Part shown: piece by piece, positions 52,696 to 61,719 of the stretch
Numbering within the stretch: position 1 is the first letter of the stretch
Layout: every line of letters starts with the position of its first letter
DNA from: a virus
DNA: 64,000 nt
IMG/VR virus record: IMGVR_UViG_3300045988_138996
Coordinates: 160,001-224,000 of that record
Strand: one strand, 5' to 3'
Notes under the pieces: generated by a model
What the model was told of the DNA's origin: nothing
The model's database searches: none
The model's input: only the letters and a program-made list of their open reading frames with translations
Position numbers and translations under genes: made by a program

Positions 52696-52924
52696 TTACG
52701 ATAAAAGACCTTCGGCATTTTTTATGTATGCTAAAGATCATGATTTTCGTGAAATATTATCGAAATATATTTTATATGATAATGATATCGAAAATAAAAA
52801 TCCGACTGATCTTGTTATGGATTTGTATAACATGAGAGAGGAGCTAGATGTTTTAGAAGATGAACGAATAATTCGTGAATATCTAAAATTAGCAAAACTA
52901 TTAAGGAAACTAGGACAATTATGA
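52688..52924 (+). CDS. hypothetical protein
   Basis: 78-aa ORF in the array. Confidence 0.5.
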   Translation: MSNYDKRPSAFFMYAKDHDFREILSKYILYDNDIENKNPTDLVMDLYNMREELDVLEDERIIREYLKLAKLLRKLGQL

Positions 52925-53307
52925 ATTGGAGTACATTTGTCGAAGATTATAATGAATTAACTGCTTTGTCATTTGATCATTTATATCATTTTGGTAAAGA
53001 AGATGAAGATTTAGAAATATTTTTATTTCAGCATCCATATAGAATAAATTGGATTAAATATTATTATACATACGATATAGATCATAATTACATTAATTTT
53101 CAGATCGATATAAAAACATCTGGGAAATATATTCGTTCTATTAATGTATATTTGTCAGAAGATGATAAATTAGAGTATTTATTAAGAGAAGATGATTTTT
53201 TTAATCGTAAAACATTATCTAATATAAATATTCATAAGACTATATTTTTATGGATATATTTTTTAATGCTTATAAATGGTTTTAATCATAAATTTGTGAG
53301 GTTATAA
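52921..53307 (+). CDS. hypothetical protein
   Basis: 128-aa ORF, 4-nt overlap with the upstream gene. Confidence 0.5.
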   Translation: MNWSTFVEDYNELTALSFDHLYHFGKEDEDLEIFLFQHPYRINWIKYYYTYDIDHNYINFQIDIKTSGKYIRSINVYLSEDDKLEYLLREDDFFNRKTLSNINIHKTIFLWIYFLMLINGFNHKFVRL

Positions 53308-53678
53308 TGAATTTATTTGATAAATCAAATAGTATTGCTTCTATTTTAGAACGCCATAAAGCTATTAATATTTTAGATGATATTACTGATATGGAAGTAT
53401 ATAATCATGATTTTAAAATTTATTTTTTAGTTGCTAAAACTATGTTATTGTTAAATAATACATTACCTGAAGTATTATGTTTTAGCATTGAAGATGGTGA
53501 CGATGTTATATATTTTGATCTATTCGTCGAAAAAGATGACGACGAAGATTATGATCCGGTATTTATTACGACTGAAACCGAAGATAATATTATGAATTAT
53601 AATGATTCTTTAGAAATATTGTTCCCAGCTTTAATAGAATTAGCTTATTATAAACTAAAGGAACGAATGTTTAACTAA
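53307..53678 (+). CDS. hypothetical acidic protein
   Basis: 123-aa ORF with the acidic stretch EKDDDEDYD. Confidence 0.5.
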   Translation: MNLFDKSNSIASILERHKAINILDDITDMEVYNHDFKIYFLVAKTMLLLNNTLPEVLCFSIEDGDDVIYFDLFVEKDDDEDYDPVFITTETEDNIMNYNDSLEILFPALIELAYYKLKERMFN

Positions 53679-53727
53679 TAAGTTAAATTAGGGTTGTCAT
53701 TAATTTACCACCATTTACTTCACGGTC

Positions 53728-53745
53728 GGGCTCCGCCCCGAAATC
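53728..53745 (+). promoter_or_regulatory. TCC-loop hairpin motif, copy g (GGGC-TCC-GCCC-CGAAATC)
   Basis: Identical to copies e and h. 50 nt upstream of ATG 53795. Followed by a CCACA...TGTGG hairpin. Confidence 0.6.
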
Positions 53746-53794
53746 TTCTCCACACTTTTCTAATGTGGTTTAGTCAAACGAAAGGAATATAATC

Positions 53795-54151
53795 ATGCAA
53801 CAAGTAACATTCGAATCTAAAGAACAAGCTAAAGAATTTTTTAGTACATTAGGTGAAAATCTTAAAGCTAGCCAAAATAAGATTTTTGAATTTAGCGGTC
53901 AACAATGGAATTTTAATAGCACTCCAGAAGTGACACCTAAATTAATTAATGCTGTATTAGTATCTGAAAATAATGTATTATATGTAACAGCTAATCTAAG
54001 TAACGATACAGTATATGCTGATATTGATTTAGAAGATAATATTTCTGGTTTTGGTTATAGCGAATTAGAAAAATCTGTATTATTATCTAATTTAGTATAT
54101 CGTATATTAGAAGATTATACTAAATTTATGTTCTGTAAAAATGAACGATAA
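53795..54151 (+). CDS. hypothetical protein
   Basis: 118-aa ORF after AAAGGAAT. Confidence 0.55.
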   Translation: MQQVTFESKEQAKEFFSTLGENLKASQNKIFEFSGQQWNFNSTPEVTPKLINAVLVSENNVLYVTANLSNDTVYADIDLEDNISGFGYSELEKSVLLSNLVYRILEDYTKFMFCKNER

Positions 54152-54524
54152 AACTAGCTTTGGTTTACTTAGTACGATGTTTTTTAATATAAACTTTTTT
54201 CAGGCAAATATACCAAAACTATTAATTGGTGGACGATCTTTTGTATTCGATTTTGGTTATGATAATGAATCAAATCTTATTATTAAAACTTGCGACGACT
54301 ATATAAATAAACAAGTCATATATTTTAATATTAACGTGATGCGCGTCGATTCAATGACTCAGTATTCAGAAAAAGAATCGGATATATGTCTTTCAAATTT
54401 TATGTATCGTACAGTAATTCCGAGAAAAGTCCGTTCTGATTTTGATACATGCAAAATGTTTAATCAATTTAATTTATATGTACATTATATTATGTTTTCA
54501 TTTAATTATATGTATTGGAGGTGA
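54141..54524 (+). CDS. hypothetical protein
   Basis: 127-aa ORF in the array. Confidence 0.5.
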   Translation: MNDKTSFGLLSTMFFNINFFQANIPKLLIGGRSFVFDFGYDNESNLIIKTCDDYINKQVIYFNINVMRVDSMTQYSEKESDICLSNFMYRTVIPRKVRSDFDTCKMFNQFNLYVHYIMFSFNYMYWR

Positions 54525-54528
54525 ATGT

Positions 54529-54813
54529 ATGATTAAACTAGGATTTGGATCTGATAAAGAGACACAAAACGTATATAATAGTTTAAAAAAATTTGCTGAA
54601 AAGGATATGTTTTCAGAATATTCTATTACAGACTTTGAAGAGAATAAGGCTCGTAATTCTTTTAGATTTACGATTGTGTATGATGAAGATTATGTATATT
54701 CATATATGGTTTGGTACGAAGCTGGTATTTTAAATATCGAACCAGAAAAAGAAGATTACGTAGCAGAGGATATAGCATTTGTTCTATATCCGATTGCCGA
54801 AATGTTATTATAG
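54529..54813 (+). CDS. hypothetical protein
   Basis: Start at ATG 54529 after GGAGGTG (MIKLGFGSDKE). 94 aa. Confidence 0.55.
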   Translation: MIKLGFGSDKETQNVYNSLKKFAEKDMFSEYSITDFEENKARNSFRFTIVYDEDYVYSYMVWYEAGILNIEPEKEDYVAEDIAFVLYPIAEMLL

Positions 54814-54827
54814 AAAGGATAGTACAT

Positions 54828-54920
54828 ATGTTAGCTATATTATTTGTAATTTTTATGATGATTTATTTAGCTCTAGCCATTGGTGGTACATTAGCTGGCT
54901 GGGACAAGAAAGATAAATAA
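54828..54920 (+). CDS. 30-aa membrane peptide
   Basis: ATG 54828 after GAAAGGA. MLAILFVIFMMIYLALAIGGTLAGWDKKDK. The longer 54711 reading overlaps the previous gene. Confidence 0.4.
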   Translation: MLAILFVIFMMIYLALAIGGTLAGWDKKDK

Positions 54921-54921
54921 T

Positions 54922-55155
54922 ATGGATCAGTTTTACTTAGATAGCATAGCTTTAATCGGATTCATGATAATATGGTTTATATTTGCAATAATTGTATATC
55001 TTTTACATACTGTATATAGAATATATAAAACAAAAAAAATATCAGATTCATTCGAATATGTATTTAAAATGCATGCACGAATGTTTTGTAAATTTTATAT
55101 CACAACAATGTTATTTTTTATATTTTGTGCTTTTCTTAAAAGTATAGTCGAATAG
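54922..55155 (+). CDS. small membrane protein (2 TM)
   Basis: 77 aa. IALIGFMIIWFIFAIIVYLL and ITTMLFFIFCAFL. Confidence 0.5.
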   Translation: MDQFYLDSIALIGFMIIWFIFAIIVYLLHTVYRIYKTKKISDSFEYVFKMHARMFCKFYITTMLFFIFCAFLKSIVE

Positions 55156-55156
55156 T

Positions 55157-55489
55157 ATGACATTACAAGATCTATTAAAAAATATAAGGAATTATACGCT
55201 GCTAGAAAAAGAAGCTTATTGCTTATTTAAATGTCAAGATTTCTATATACATATGTTTCGTTTTGTTACTGATAACAACTTAAGATTTTTAATAACTAAA
55301 AAAGACGATTTAGCTATAAATACACTAGAAATAATAGCAAAAAATAACGGTAATTTTTTTCATTGGCAAGGCGAAACAAGTTGGCTATACTATTATTATG
55401 AGCAATTACCTAACGTATGTACGTATCTAGCATATTTGTATTTATTTAGTTGTATAATAAAAATAAATGAAAGTAAAAATAGAAGATAA
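55157..55489 (+). CDS. hypothetical protein
   Basis: 110-aa ORF. Tyr-rich ...WLYYYYEQL near the C-terminus. Confidence 0.5.
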   Translation: MTLQDLLKNIRNYTLLEKEAYCLFKCQDFYIHMFRFVTDNNLRFLITKKDDLAINTLEIIAKNNGNFFHWQGETSWLYYYYEQLPNVCTYLAYLYLFSCIIKINESKNRR

Positions 55490-56111
55490 AACATTTCTTA
55501 AACGATTCGAGGTTTTTCGAGAAGCTAATAATAATCGATTTACTATGAAGCGAAAAAAGTATCGAATCCGTCAATATTACACTGACGAAGGATCTAGATA
55601 CGAAGTATTTAGTCGAGGTAAACAGTATTTCGGATCTTTTAGAATTACTGAAAGTAGTCAGTATATGCATTCTAACGATATTAGCGAAGAAAATATGCTG
55701 CTAATTATTAAAGGAATAAGCGATACAATATGCTCGTATCGCGTTCCTTTAAAATACGATGGTTATTCTTGTGCATCGTATGTCGAAAAAGCGATGGACC
55801 GATTGCGTTTTAGCGATACTAATATTCATATCGGATATCATGATGTGCAATTTGAAGTTACTAGACTTAATAATGTTGTCGGATATATTAAAACCGAAGC
55901 TAGAACAAATGCTATCGATGTATATAATATGCAGATGACATTACAGTATCAGTATTATGATGATGGTATGTATATTTTCTATCATCAGTTATTAGAAAAA
56001 GGCAAAGATCATGCCATAAAAATATATTATAAATTTTTAATAGCAATATGTAATTTAATTGAATATCAATATATTATTTGTTTAACAAGCGTAGAAAGAA
56101 TACCGTTTTAA
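55467..56111 (+). CDS. hypothetical protein
   Basis: 214-aa ORF in the array. Confidence 0.5.
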   Translation: MKVKIEDKTFLKRFEVFREANNNRFTMKRKKYRIRQYYTDEGSRYEVFSRGKQYFGSFRITESSQYMHSNDISEENMLLIIKGISDTICSYRVPLKYDGYSCASYVEKAMDRLRFSDTNIHIGYHDVQFEVTRLNNVVGYIKTEARTNAIDVYNMQMTLQYQYYDDGMYIFYHQLLEKGKDHAIKIYYKFLIAICNLIEYQYIICLTSVERIPF

Positions 56112-56120
56112 GAGGTGACT

Positions 56121-56420
56121 ATGGAAGAATATATTAGAATTACAGATTGGATGTTATGCCAACATTTTGAGATGTTGATTAATACGCATCGAATAACTGG
56201 TAAATTTAATATTTTAGATTTAGATAATGTAACGTGTGAAATTACATATGATAATGCATATCGTAGACTAAACCTATTAATTGACGAAGATAATTATTTT
56301 GTCAATGCTATTTACGATACCAATGTAAAAACATTGTACTGGTGTATCGGAAATAATATTTCGTTTAACGACTTTGAAAAAGTATTACAAGAGGCTAAAT
56401 ATGTTCGACCTGTCGTTTGA
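56121..56420 (+). CDS. hypothetical protein
   Basis: ATG 56121 after AAGAGG. A GTG at 56115 is also possible. Confidence 0.5.
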   Translation: MEEYIRITDWMLCQHFEMLINTHRITGKFNILDLDNVTCEITYDNAYRRLNLLIDEDNYFVNAIYDTNVKTLYWCIGNNISFNDFEKVLQEAKYVRPVV

Positions 56421-56622
56421 GACTCTTGAGTTTTTAAAAATTATTCTTGATATTATTTTAGGATGCATATTAGGATTTTTAATACATACCGTATTAACTA
56501 AATTTGTCGATAAAGTATTTGATGTATATAATAAAGACGGCGAAATTCATTTATTGTTTATGATATTGCCGTCTTGTTTTATTGTATTATTACTGTGGGG
56601 TATCGTTACATGGATGAGATGA
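56401..56622 (+). CDS. small membrane protein (2 TM)
   Basis: ATG 56401 after AAGAGG. ILDIILGCILGFLIHTVL and LLFMILPSCFIVLLLWGIV. Confidence 0.5.
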   Translation: MFDLSFETLEFLKIILDIILGCILGFLIHTVLTKFVDKVFDVYNKDGEIHLLFMILPSCFIVLLLWGIVTWMR

Positions 56623-56876
56623 AACTTCAATTAGAAGTACTATATAAAATCTTAATGCTAGATTTTCATAAATTCTATCGTCGAGAAAAAGGATCGTATA
56701 ACCTAACTATTAAAAAAGTAGGCGATGCCGTTATGGTTACTGTCGATTGGAACGAAAATAAAAACTTCGTAAAATTTCAAATATATTGGGATTCTGAAGA
56801 GAAACATACAAGCTTTAGCTTTAATTTTGATACCGATAAAATTGACGCATTGTATATCGTAAAGGATTTATTATAA
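56619..56876 (+). CDS. hypothetical protein
   Basis: ATGA overlap start at 56619. An alternative ATG lies at 56610. Confidence 0.5.
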   Translation: MKLQLEVLYKILMLDFHKFYRREKGSYNLTIKKVGDAVMVTVDWNENKNFVKFQIYWDSEEKHTSFSFNFDTDKIDALYIVKDLL

Positions 56877-56892
56877 GAAGGGAGATTTTTAT

Positions 56893-57177
56893 ATGGGAAT
56901 GGTAAATGAAATCACAAATAAGTTAATTGGCATTAAAGGCCGTATCGCTTTTGAACATAAAGACTGTATTATCTATATCGACAATTCTCGTAAAAAAGAA
57001 GTCGATAGCGGCGATATTCAGATCTTCAAGGATCGTAAACAAGTATATGACTTTTCTATTGCATATCCTTCTAAGGAATGCAAATCTAAGGGTATTTACA
57101 ATAATACAAAAGATAAATTTATTAATAATATCGATTTAGAAAAATTACATGAGATTATTATGACGACAGACCTATGA
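56893..57177 (+). CDS. hypothetical protein
   Basis: 94-aa ORF after AGGGAG. Confidence 0.5.
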   Translation: MGMVNEITNKLIGIKGRIAFEHKDCIIYIDNSRKKEVDSGDIQIFKDRKQVYDFSIAYPSKECKSKGIYNNTKDKFINNIDLEKLHEIIMTTDL

Positions 57178-57821
57178 TTTTCTTAAAAGATAAATATCGA
57201 ATTGTCTTAGATAAAAGAAACGTTACAACAATTCTTATTACAATATTAACAATAGCATTCTTTTTATTTTGTGATATGAATTATGCTACTGATAATGGAA
57301 AACTGGCATTATATCAAACGCCAATATTAATTATCGTCGTAAGTATAATCACGATCGACATATTACCTAATAAGGTTAATCCGTTTCATATCGATTGTCT
57401 AATGACAGCTAAAGTTGACGAAAAACAAACTGAAGTAGTATTTAATATCTTTAAAAATATAATAAATCTTGTTCTTTGTGAAATTTTACATTATCCTAAT
57501 ATTCTTGAATTACGAATTAAAGATATTAATATCGGTCAATTAAAAAACGTAACATTAATGATCAGAGCTATTGGTTCTGTTGAATTCGGTAAAAGATCTG
57601 TCGACTTATTAATTTCAGTATATAATAATGATGTGGCTATTCCATTAGTATCATTTTCAATAATAATAACATCTGATATTCAGGATATATTAGATAGTAT
57701 AACAGTAACGAAAAATTTAAATCAATGGAAAGATATTATCGTATTAGCTAAGACAGTAGAATATTATTTGATAAATCATCAATATAAAGGGGCTATTAAA
57801 AATGAAGAAAGAGGATTTTAA
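57174..57821 (+). CDS. membrane protein
   Basis: 215 aa. Two N-terminal TM segments, TTILITILTIAFFLFC and PILIIVVSIITIDIL. Confidence 0.5.
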   Translation: MIFLKDKYRIVLDKRNVTTILITILTIAFFLFCDMNYATDNGKLALYQTPILIIVVSIITIDILPNKVNPFHIDCLMTAKVDEKQTEVVFNIFKNIINLVLCEILHYPNILELRIKDINIGQLKNVTLMIRAIGSVEFGKRSVDLLISVYNNDVAIPLVSFSIIITSDIQDILDSITVTKNLNQWKDIIVLAKTVEYYLINHQYKGAIKNEERGF

Positions 57822-58206
57822 ACAGCTATGCTGGTTATTTCGATTATTTTTAATAGCTATTAATACTGAATGTTATCAGTCAAATGATTTTAAAATTGGC
57901 GAATTTAAATATGCTGTTAGATTAATAGCTGTTGAACATATCCTTCATGTCGAATTGTTAAAGAAAAATAATCCGGTCGTTGCTTCAATATCTGGTGTCG
58001 AATATTTACCACAGGAATCATTAAGTTATAACTTTAGAACAAACGATATATTAAACGATTATTTTGAATTATTCTTTAACGGCAGTAAGATTATTGAAGA
58101 AAATCTTAATATACTGTATAATATATCATATAATATATGTAATCCTGTAGAAATCATGAAAGGACTAGTTAATAACAATGGTCGGAAGAATAAAATTTAC
58201 TGGTAA
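57802..58206 (+). CDS. hypothetical protein
   Basis: 134-aa ORF in the array. Confidence 0.5.
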   Translation: MKKEDFKQLCWLFRLFLIAINTECYQSNDFKIGEFKYAVRLIAVEHILHVELLKKNNPVVASISGVEYLPQESLSYNFRTNDILNDYFELFFNGSKIIEENLNILYNISYNICNPVEIMKGLVNNNGRKNKIYW

Positions 58207-58501
58207 GCTAAGTACTATTAATAGAATTAATAATGAATTATTTTATACTGATATGTTCGCGGGCAATTGTATCGTCAAAGAAAAAATTCGTTGTGACAAT
58301 ATTTTAATGTTAACAATCGAAACTAATTACGATATTAATTCAGCATATTTAGTTTCCTTAAGCGACAAATACCATGTTAATATCGAATATAGTATTAGCG
58401 ATCATAAAAATCATATTAAACATAATGGTATTGTCGTATTTGAAAATAATAAAGCCGAAATAATCGAAGAGAAAAAATTTAACTATGAATCAAAAGCTTA
58501 G
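58178..58501 (+). CDS. hypothetical protein
   Basis: 107-aa ORF in the array. Confidence 0.5.
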   Translation: MVGRIKFTGKLSTINRINNELFYTDMFAGNCIVKEKIRCDNILMLTIETNYDINSAYLVSLSDKYHVNIEYSISDHKNHIKHNGIVVFENNKAEIIEEKKFNYESKA

Positions 58502-58949
58502 TCGACGTGTCTTTGCAGCAGTAAAAGATAATGTCTTAATAACATCTGAATGCCGATATTATGAATTTAATAGACTCGATATTTCGGCAGCTAAAACAAA
58601 TGTTAGGCTTACGTCTAAAGATACCGAAGAATCTAAAATGTTTAATAGTATAAAAACATTAATAGCACTTGTTAATAAATACGATGAATTTAAACAAGCC
58701 GGTATGATTATATGGTTATTAGGATACTATAGTTTTATCTTAAATAAAGATTTAGACATAAAAAAACATTTTAAATTATTTAAAGAAATTCAGACTATAT
58801 ATGCTCAACAACTTAATTTTGGTCCTAATGAAGTTCAGACTCAACGACTTAGAGAATCGTTAGAACAGGTAGCTAGTCGACTTAATGAACAAATTAATTT
58901 CTGGACCGATATTTATAGAAATCTTAACGAGAGGAATGGTGATCGATGA
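58485..58949 (+). CDS. hypothetical protein
   Basis: 154-aa ORF in the array. Confidence 0.5.
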   Translation: MNQKLSRRVFAAVKDNVLITSECRYYEFNRLDISAAKTNVRLTSKDTEESKMFNSIKTLIALVNKYDEFKQAGMIIWLLGYYSFILNKDLDIKKHFKLFKEIQTIYAQQLNFGPNEVQTQRLRESLEQVASRLNEQINFWTDIYRNLNERNGDR

Positions 58950-59623
58950 ACGGAAGTTTACGTAACTTATTTAAACGTCATCGCCATAGTTTTAATCCAG
59001 AAAGCTTACTGCGTGACTTAAAAAAGAATAAAGAAAAAAAGAATTTATTTGACAAAGTTAAAGAAATGGAGGAGGCTAGAAAAGCAGAAGTGTTGGAACC
59101 AGAGCGTAACAACTATCCACAGTGTAAAGTTGATTTAGTCGCACAAATACAGCAAGAAATCGAAGAAGAAAATACTCCGAATGAACCGGCGGACGATATT
59201 CAAGAAGTTTCTGTACACGCTGATTGTCCTACAATCGAAATTGATGATTGGACGACAGAAGATTTAGTACGTACTATTCAGAAAAGTAAAGAAGCTATTA
59301 AACATATAATGCAAAATTACGAGTTCTGGAATAGCATGGTGAAGGAATGCGATCAAGCACTTGGCGATCTTCGACATTTCGCTGAATTTTACGACGACGC
59401 TACACAAGAAGAAATTAATAAAGTTTATGAATTAATGACTGAATATAGTCGTAAGCGTCGTGTGTATAAAGATCGCGTCGAAATTTTTAAAGATTTGTTC
59501 GCCGGCAAGGCTAAGATGGAAAACACTTACGCTCCAATTAATCAAATGTTTAATAAATTTAACAAGATGAATATCGAGCGTCAATATTCTCCACGCGTCC
59601 TTAAGGACTTGTTCGAGCGTTAG
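58946..59623 (+). CDS. hypothetical protein
   Basis: 225-aa ORF, 4-nt overlap with the upstream gene. Followed by a GC hairpin. Confidence 0.55.
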   Translation: MNGSLRNLFKRHRHSFNPESLLRDLKKNKEKKNLFDKVKEMEEARKAEVLEPERNNYPQCKVDLVAQIQQEIEEENTPNEPADDIQEVSVHADCPTIEIDDWTTEDLVRTIQKSKEAIKHIMQNYEFWNSMVKECDQALGDLRHFAEFYDDATQEEINKVYELMTEYSRKRRVYKDRVEIFKDLFAGKAKMENTYAPINQMFNKFNKMNIERQYSPRVLKDLFER

Positions 59624-59643
59624 TCACATTCTACATTATCTTT

Positions 59644-59660
59644 CGGGGACTTCGTCCCCG
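59644..59660 (+). terminator. terminator-like GC hairpin
   Basis: CGGGGAC-TTC-GTCCCCG followed by TTCTCATT. The T-tract is weak. Confidence 0.45.
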
Positions 59661-59669
59661 TTCTCATTC

Positions 59670-59687
59670 GGGCTCCGCCCCGAAATC
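59670..59687 (+). promoter_or_regulatory. TCC-loop hairpin motif, copy h (GGGC-TCC-GCCC-CGAAATC)
   Basis: 53 nt upstream of ATG 59740. Followed by a strong hairpin plus T8. Confidence 0.6.
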
Positions 59688-59704
59688 ACTTCTGTGTCCT
59701 TTAT

Positions 59705-59736
59705 AAGAAGCTATTATTAGATAGCTTCTTTTTTTT
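59705..59736 (+). terminator. leader terminator/attenuator-like hairpin
   Basis: AAGAAGCTAT-TATTAG-ATAGCTTCTT followed by a T-run, ending 3 nt before ATG 59740. Confidence 0.55.
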
Positions 59737-59739
59737 ATT

Positions 59740-60066
59740 ATGAAAAATAATTATACAAATATTATAAGAAGAATCTGTAGGGATGGTTTGCCTGAAAATT
59801 TTTATCATAATGCTCATGATAAAACTAGAATAAGATTATTTATGCGTGAATGGAGAATACATAAAGTATTTGCAAATACATTCGTAATATCTAACTTTAG
59901 TGTATATAATAACATGAACGATTATATAGAATTCGATTTTAAAAAATTTCAAATTTATAGACATTCAAAACTTTTTGATACGAGAAAAAATATCACTGAT
60001 GATAATTCTTATCAGGCAGAATTATTACTTTTATGGTTAGTATATTTTTATTACGGGAGGTATTAA
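59740..60066 (+). CDS. hypothetical protein
   Basis: 108-aa ORF. No RBS: it starts immediately after the terminator-like hairpin, so the start or its reality is uncertain. Confidence 0.4.
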   Translation: MKNNYTNIIRRICRDGLPENFYHNAHDKTRIRLFMREWRIHKVFANTFVISNFSVYNNMNDYIEFDFKKFQIYRHSKLFDTRKNITDDNSYQAELLLLWLVYFYYGRY

Positions 60067-60068
60067 AA

Positions 60069-60437
60069 ATGAAATATTATCTTGAAATCGAGAGTGATAT
60101 ACATCACCCGACAGCAAAAGAAATTGCCGAGATTATCGGTATATATAATATAAGTAATCAGCCTCACGCTATGTTTGTACGAGCATACTTAGGACGTAGT
60201 ACATTACAGTACTTAGGACGTAACGGTATGGTTCAAGTATTTAATAATTATTCAGCCATGCTGGCTCTAGCTAACGATATGTATGAATATTGTAAGCGTG
60301 AAGGTATTAACGAAGTATATTATAGTTTAGATGACGGACGTGGATATAATTTAAAATTATTCAAAGGCCGTATTCGTACAGCTATTAATCGATTAGAAAA
60401 TATGTGCAAAGGAATGATAGAAAATGAAACAAAATAA
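60069..60437 (+). CDS. hypothetical protein
   Basis: ATG 60069 after GGGAGG (MKYYLEIESD). 122 aa. Confidence 0.55.
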   Translation: MKYYLEIESDIHHPTAKEIAEIIGIYNISNQPHAMFVRAYLGRSTLQYLGRNGMVQVFNNYSAMLALANDMYEYCKREGINEVYYSLDDGRGYNLKLFKGRIRTAINRLENMCKGMIENETK

Positions 60438-60702
60438 TCAAGCAGAAATTTGTCGTAAAATTGGGATTATTATTGGTAGTTTATTAAATATCTGTGTAAC
60501 ATTAGTATTAGCATTGGTTAAAGCTGTATCTTCTGAAGCTAAAAACGTATCGAAGGGTTTCGACGAAGCAGAAGACGTTAAATCTGTCGAAGAAATTAAG
60601 CCTGTCGAAGAAATTAAAGAAAACGACGAAGTCGATATCGATGCTGAAATCGAACGTCTTATGGCTTTAAAACAAGCTAAAAAAACTAATAAAGAAGACT
60701 AA
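60424..60702 (+). CDS. single-TM protein with acidic repeat tail
   Basis: TM segment IGIIIGSLLNICVTLVLALV. Tandem VKSVEEIKPVEEIKENDE. Confidence 0.5.
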   Translation: MKQNNQAEICRKIGIIIGSLLNICVTLVLALVKAVSSEAKNVSKGFDEAEDVKSVEEIKPVEEIKENDEVDIDAEIERLMALKQAKKTNKED

Positions 60703-60704
60703 TT

Positions 60705-61418
60705 ATGGGCTCGATATTACTTGCCGAAGAAGAAACAATTGTCCTTTCGACAATATATGATTATGTTGCACAAAACCCAACATTAAAATATAACAATATT
60801 TATTATCCTGATTCTAAGTATTCCAATATTCAAGTTAATAGAATTTATACATTAGATAATTCTATTATTGTTAATATAGAATATACAATTATAAATAATA
60901 AAAAAATAAGAGCATTCAGATTAGATCAGGATACTAATACTATTAATTTTGATGATAATATCGATCCTAAATTTATTAAAGATATTATGTTTTTACCAGG
61001 TGTCGTAAATTTTAAATTTATCGAAACATATAAAAGTAAAATTATATCAGAATTCGCTTTTCTAGTGCGAGATTGTTATCTTTTTAGAATAAATAGTGGC
61101 TATGATTTTTACTATAAATTTTTGTATATATATGCTGATAAATTTAGCGATATAAATAACGGTCCGATGTTTGGCAGTGATGTTATGTATTCGTCAGAAG
61201 AATTAGCTATTCGATTTTTAAAAAACGGATCGATATGTATTGTAGAAAATAGTAATAATTGTAAATATAATGAAAATGTAGGATTAGTACCATTATATAT
61301 AATGGAGTATTTAATGCAAGGGTATTATTTAGATGTATTACAAATTCAAAGCGATGTCAAAGAATTTAGACGACAATCAGAAGAAAACGCTAATAATTGG
61401 ATCGCTGTTAATAGATAA
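60705..61418 (+). CDS. hypothetical protein
   Basis: 237-aa ORF in the array. Confidence 0.5.
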   Translation: MGSILLAEEETIVLSTIYDYVAQNPTLKYNNIYYPDSKYSNIQVNRIYTLDNSIIVNIEYTIINNKKIRAFRLDQDTNTINFDDNIDPKFIKDIMFLPGVVNFKFIETYKSKIISEFAFLVRDCYLFRINSGYDFYYKFLYIYADKFSDINNGPMFGSDVMYSSEELAIRFLKNGSICIVENSNNCKYNENVGLVPLYIMEYLMQGYYLDVLQIQSDVKEFRRQSEENANNWIAVNR

Positions 61419-61719
61419 TAATGAATATTTCATTAATAGTATTCCTGTCGATAAAAAGACTATAGGTCAATCAACTGGATTAAAAGATAAACATGGTCAA
61501 GAAATATTTATTAACGATATTATTCATTTTAAAGCAAATTATGGTGATTTTATATTAGAATTAGCTACAGCTACTGTCGGATTCGATGAATTAAATGGAC
61601 GCCTTGCTGTTAAGATGAATGACAACATATTGGCATTATGCGACATGAATTATAGTAATGTCGAATACGAAGTATTGGGAAATATATGGGAAGGAAAGAT
61701 ACATGAACAGAAACTTTAA
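61354..61719 (+). CDS. YopX-family protein
   Basis: GQSTGLKDKHGQEIFINDIIHF ... YEVLGNIWE fits the YopX signature. Start is uncertain: 61333 or 61354, both overlapping the upstream ORF by 65-86 nt. Confidence 0.65.
   Translation: MSKNLDDNQKKTLIIGSLLIDNNEYFINSIPVDKKTIGQSTGLKDKHGQEIFINDIIHFKANYGDFILELATATVGFDELNGRLAVKMNDNILALCDMNYSNVEYEVLGNIWEGKIHEQKL

Noticed and set aside
12301-57139. Internal out-of-frame + strand ORFs (12301-12483, 20009-20236, 29411-29614, 34245-34457, 54711-54827 extension, 56927-57139) and minus-strand ORFs 4313-4546, 4588-4779, 5018-5296, 7960-8151, 8342-8563, 10492-10695, 11421-11609, 13966-14181, 19513-19725, 19971-20264, 21140-21334, 22542-22841, 29361-29555, 38689-38877, 40217-40471, 40906-41130 and 55446-55670
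   Set aside because: Each is nested in or antisense to a longer, motif-supported or operon-consistent + strand gene. None has a ribosome-binding site.
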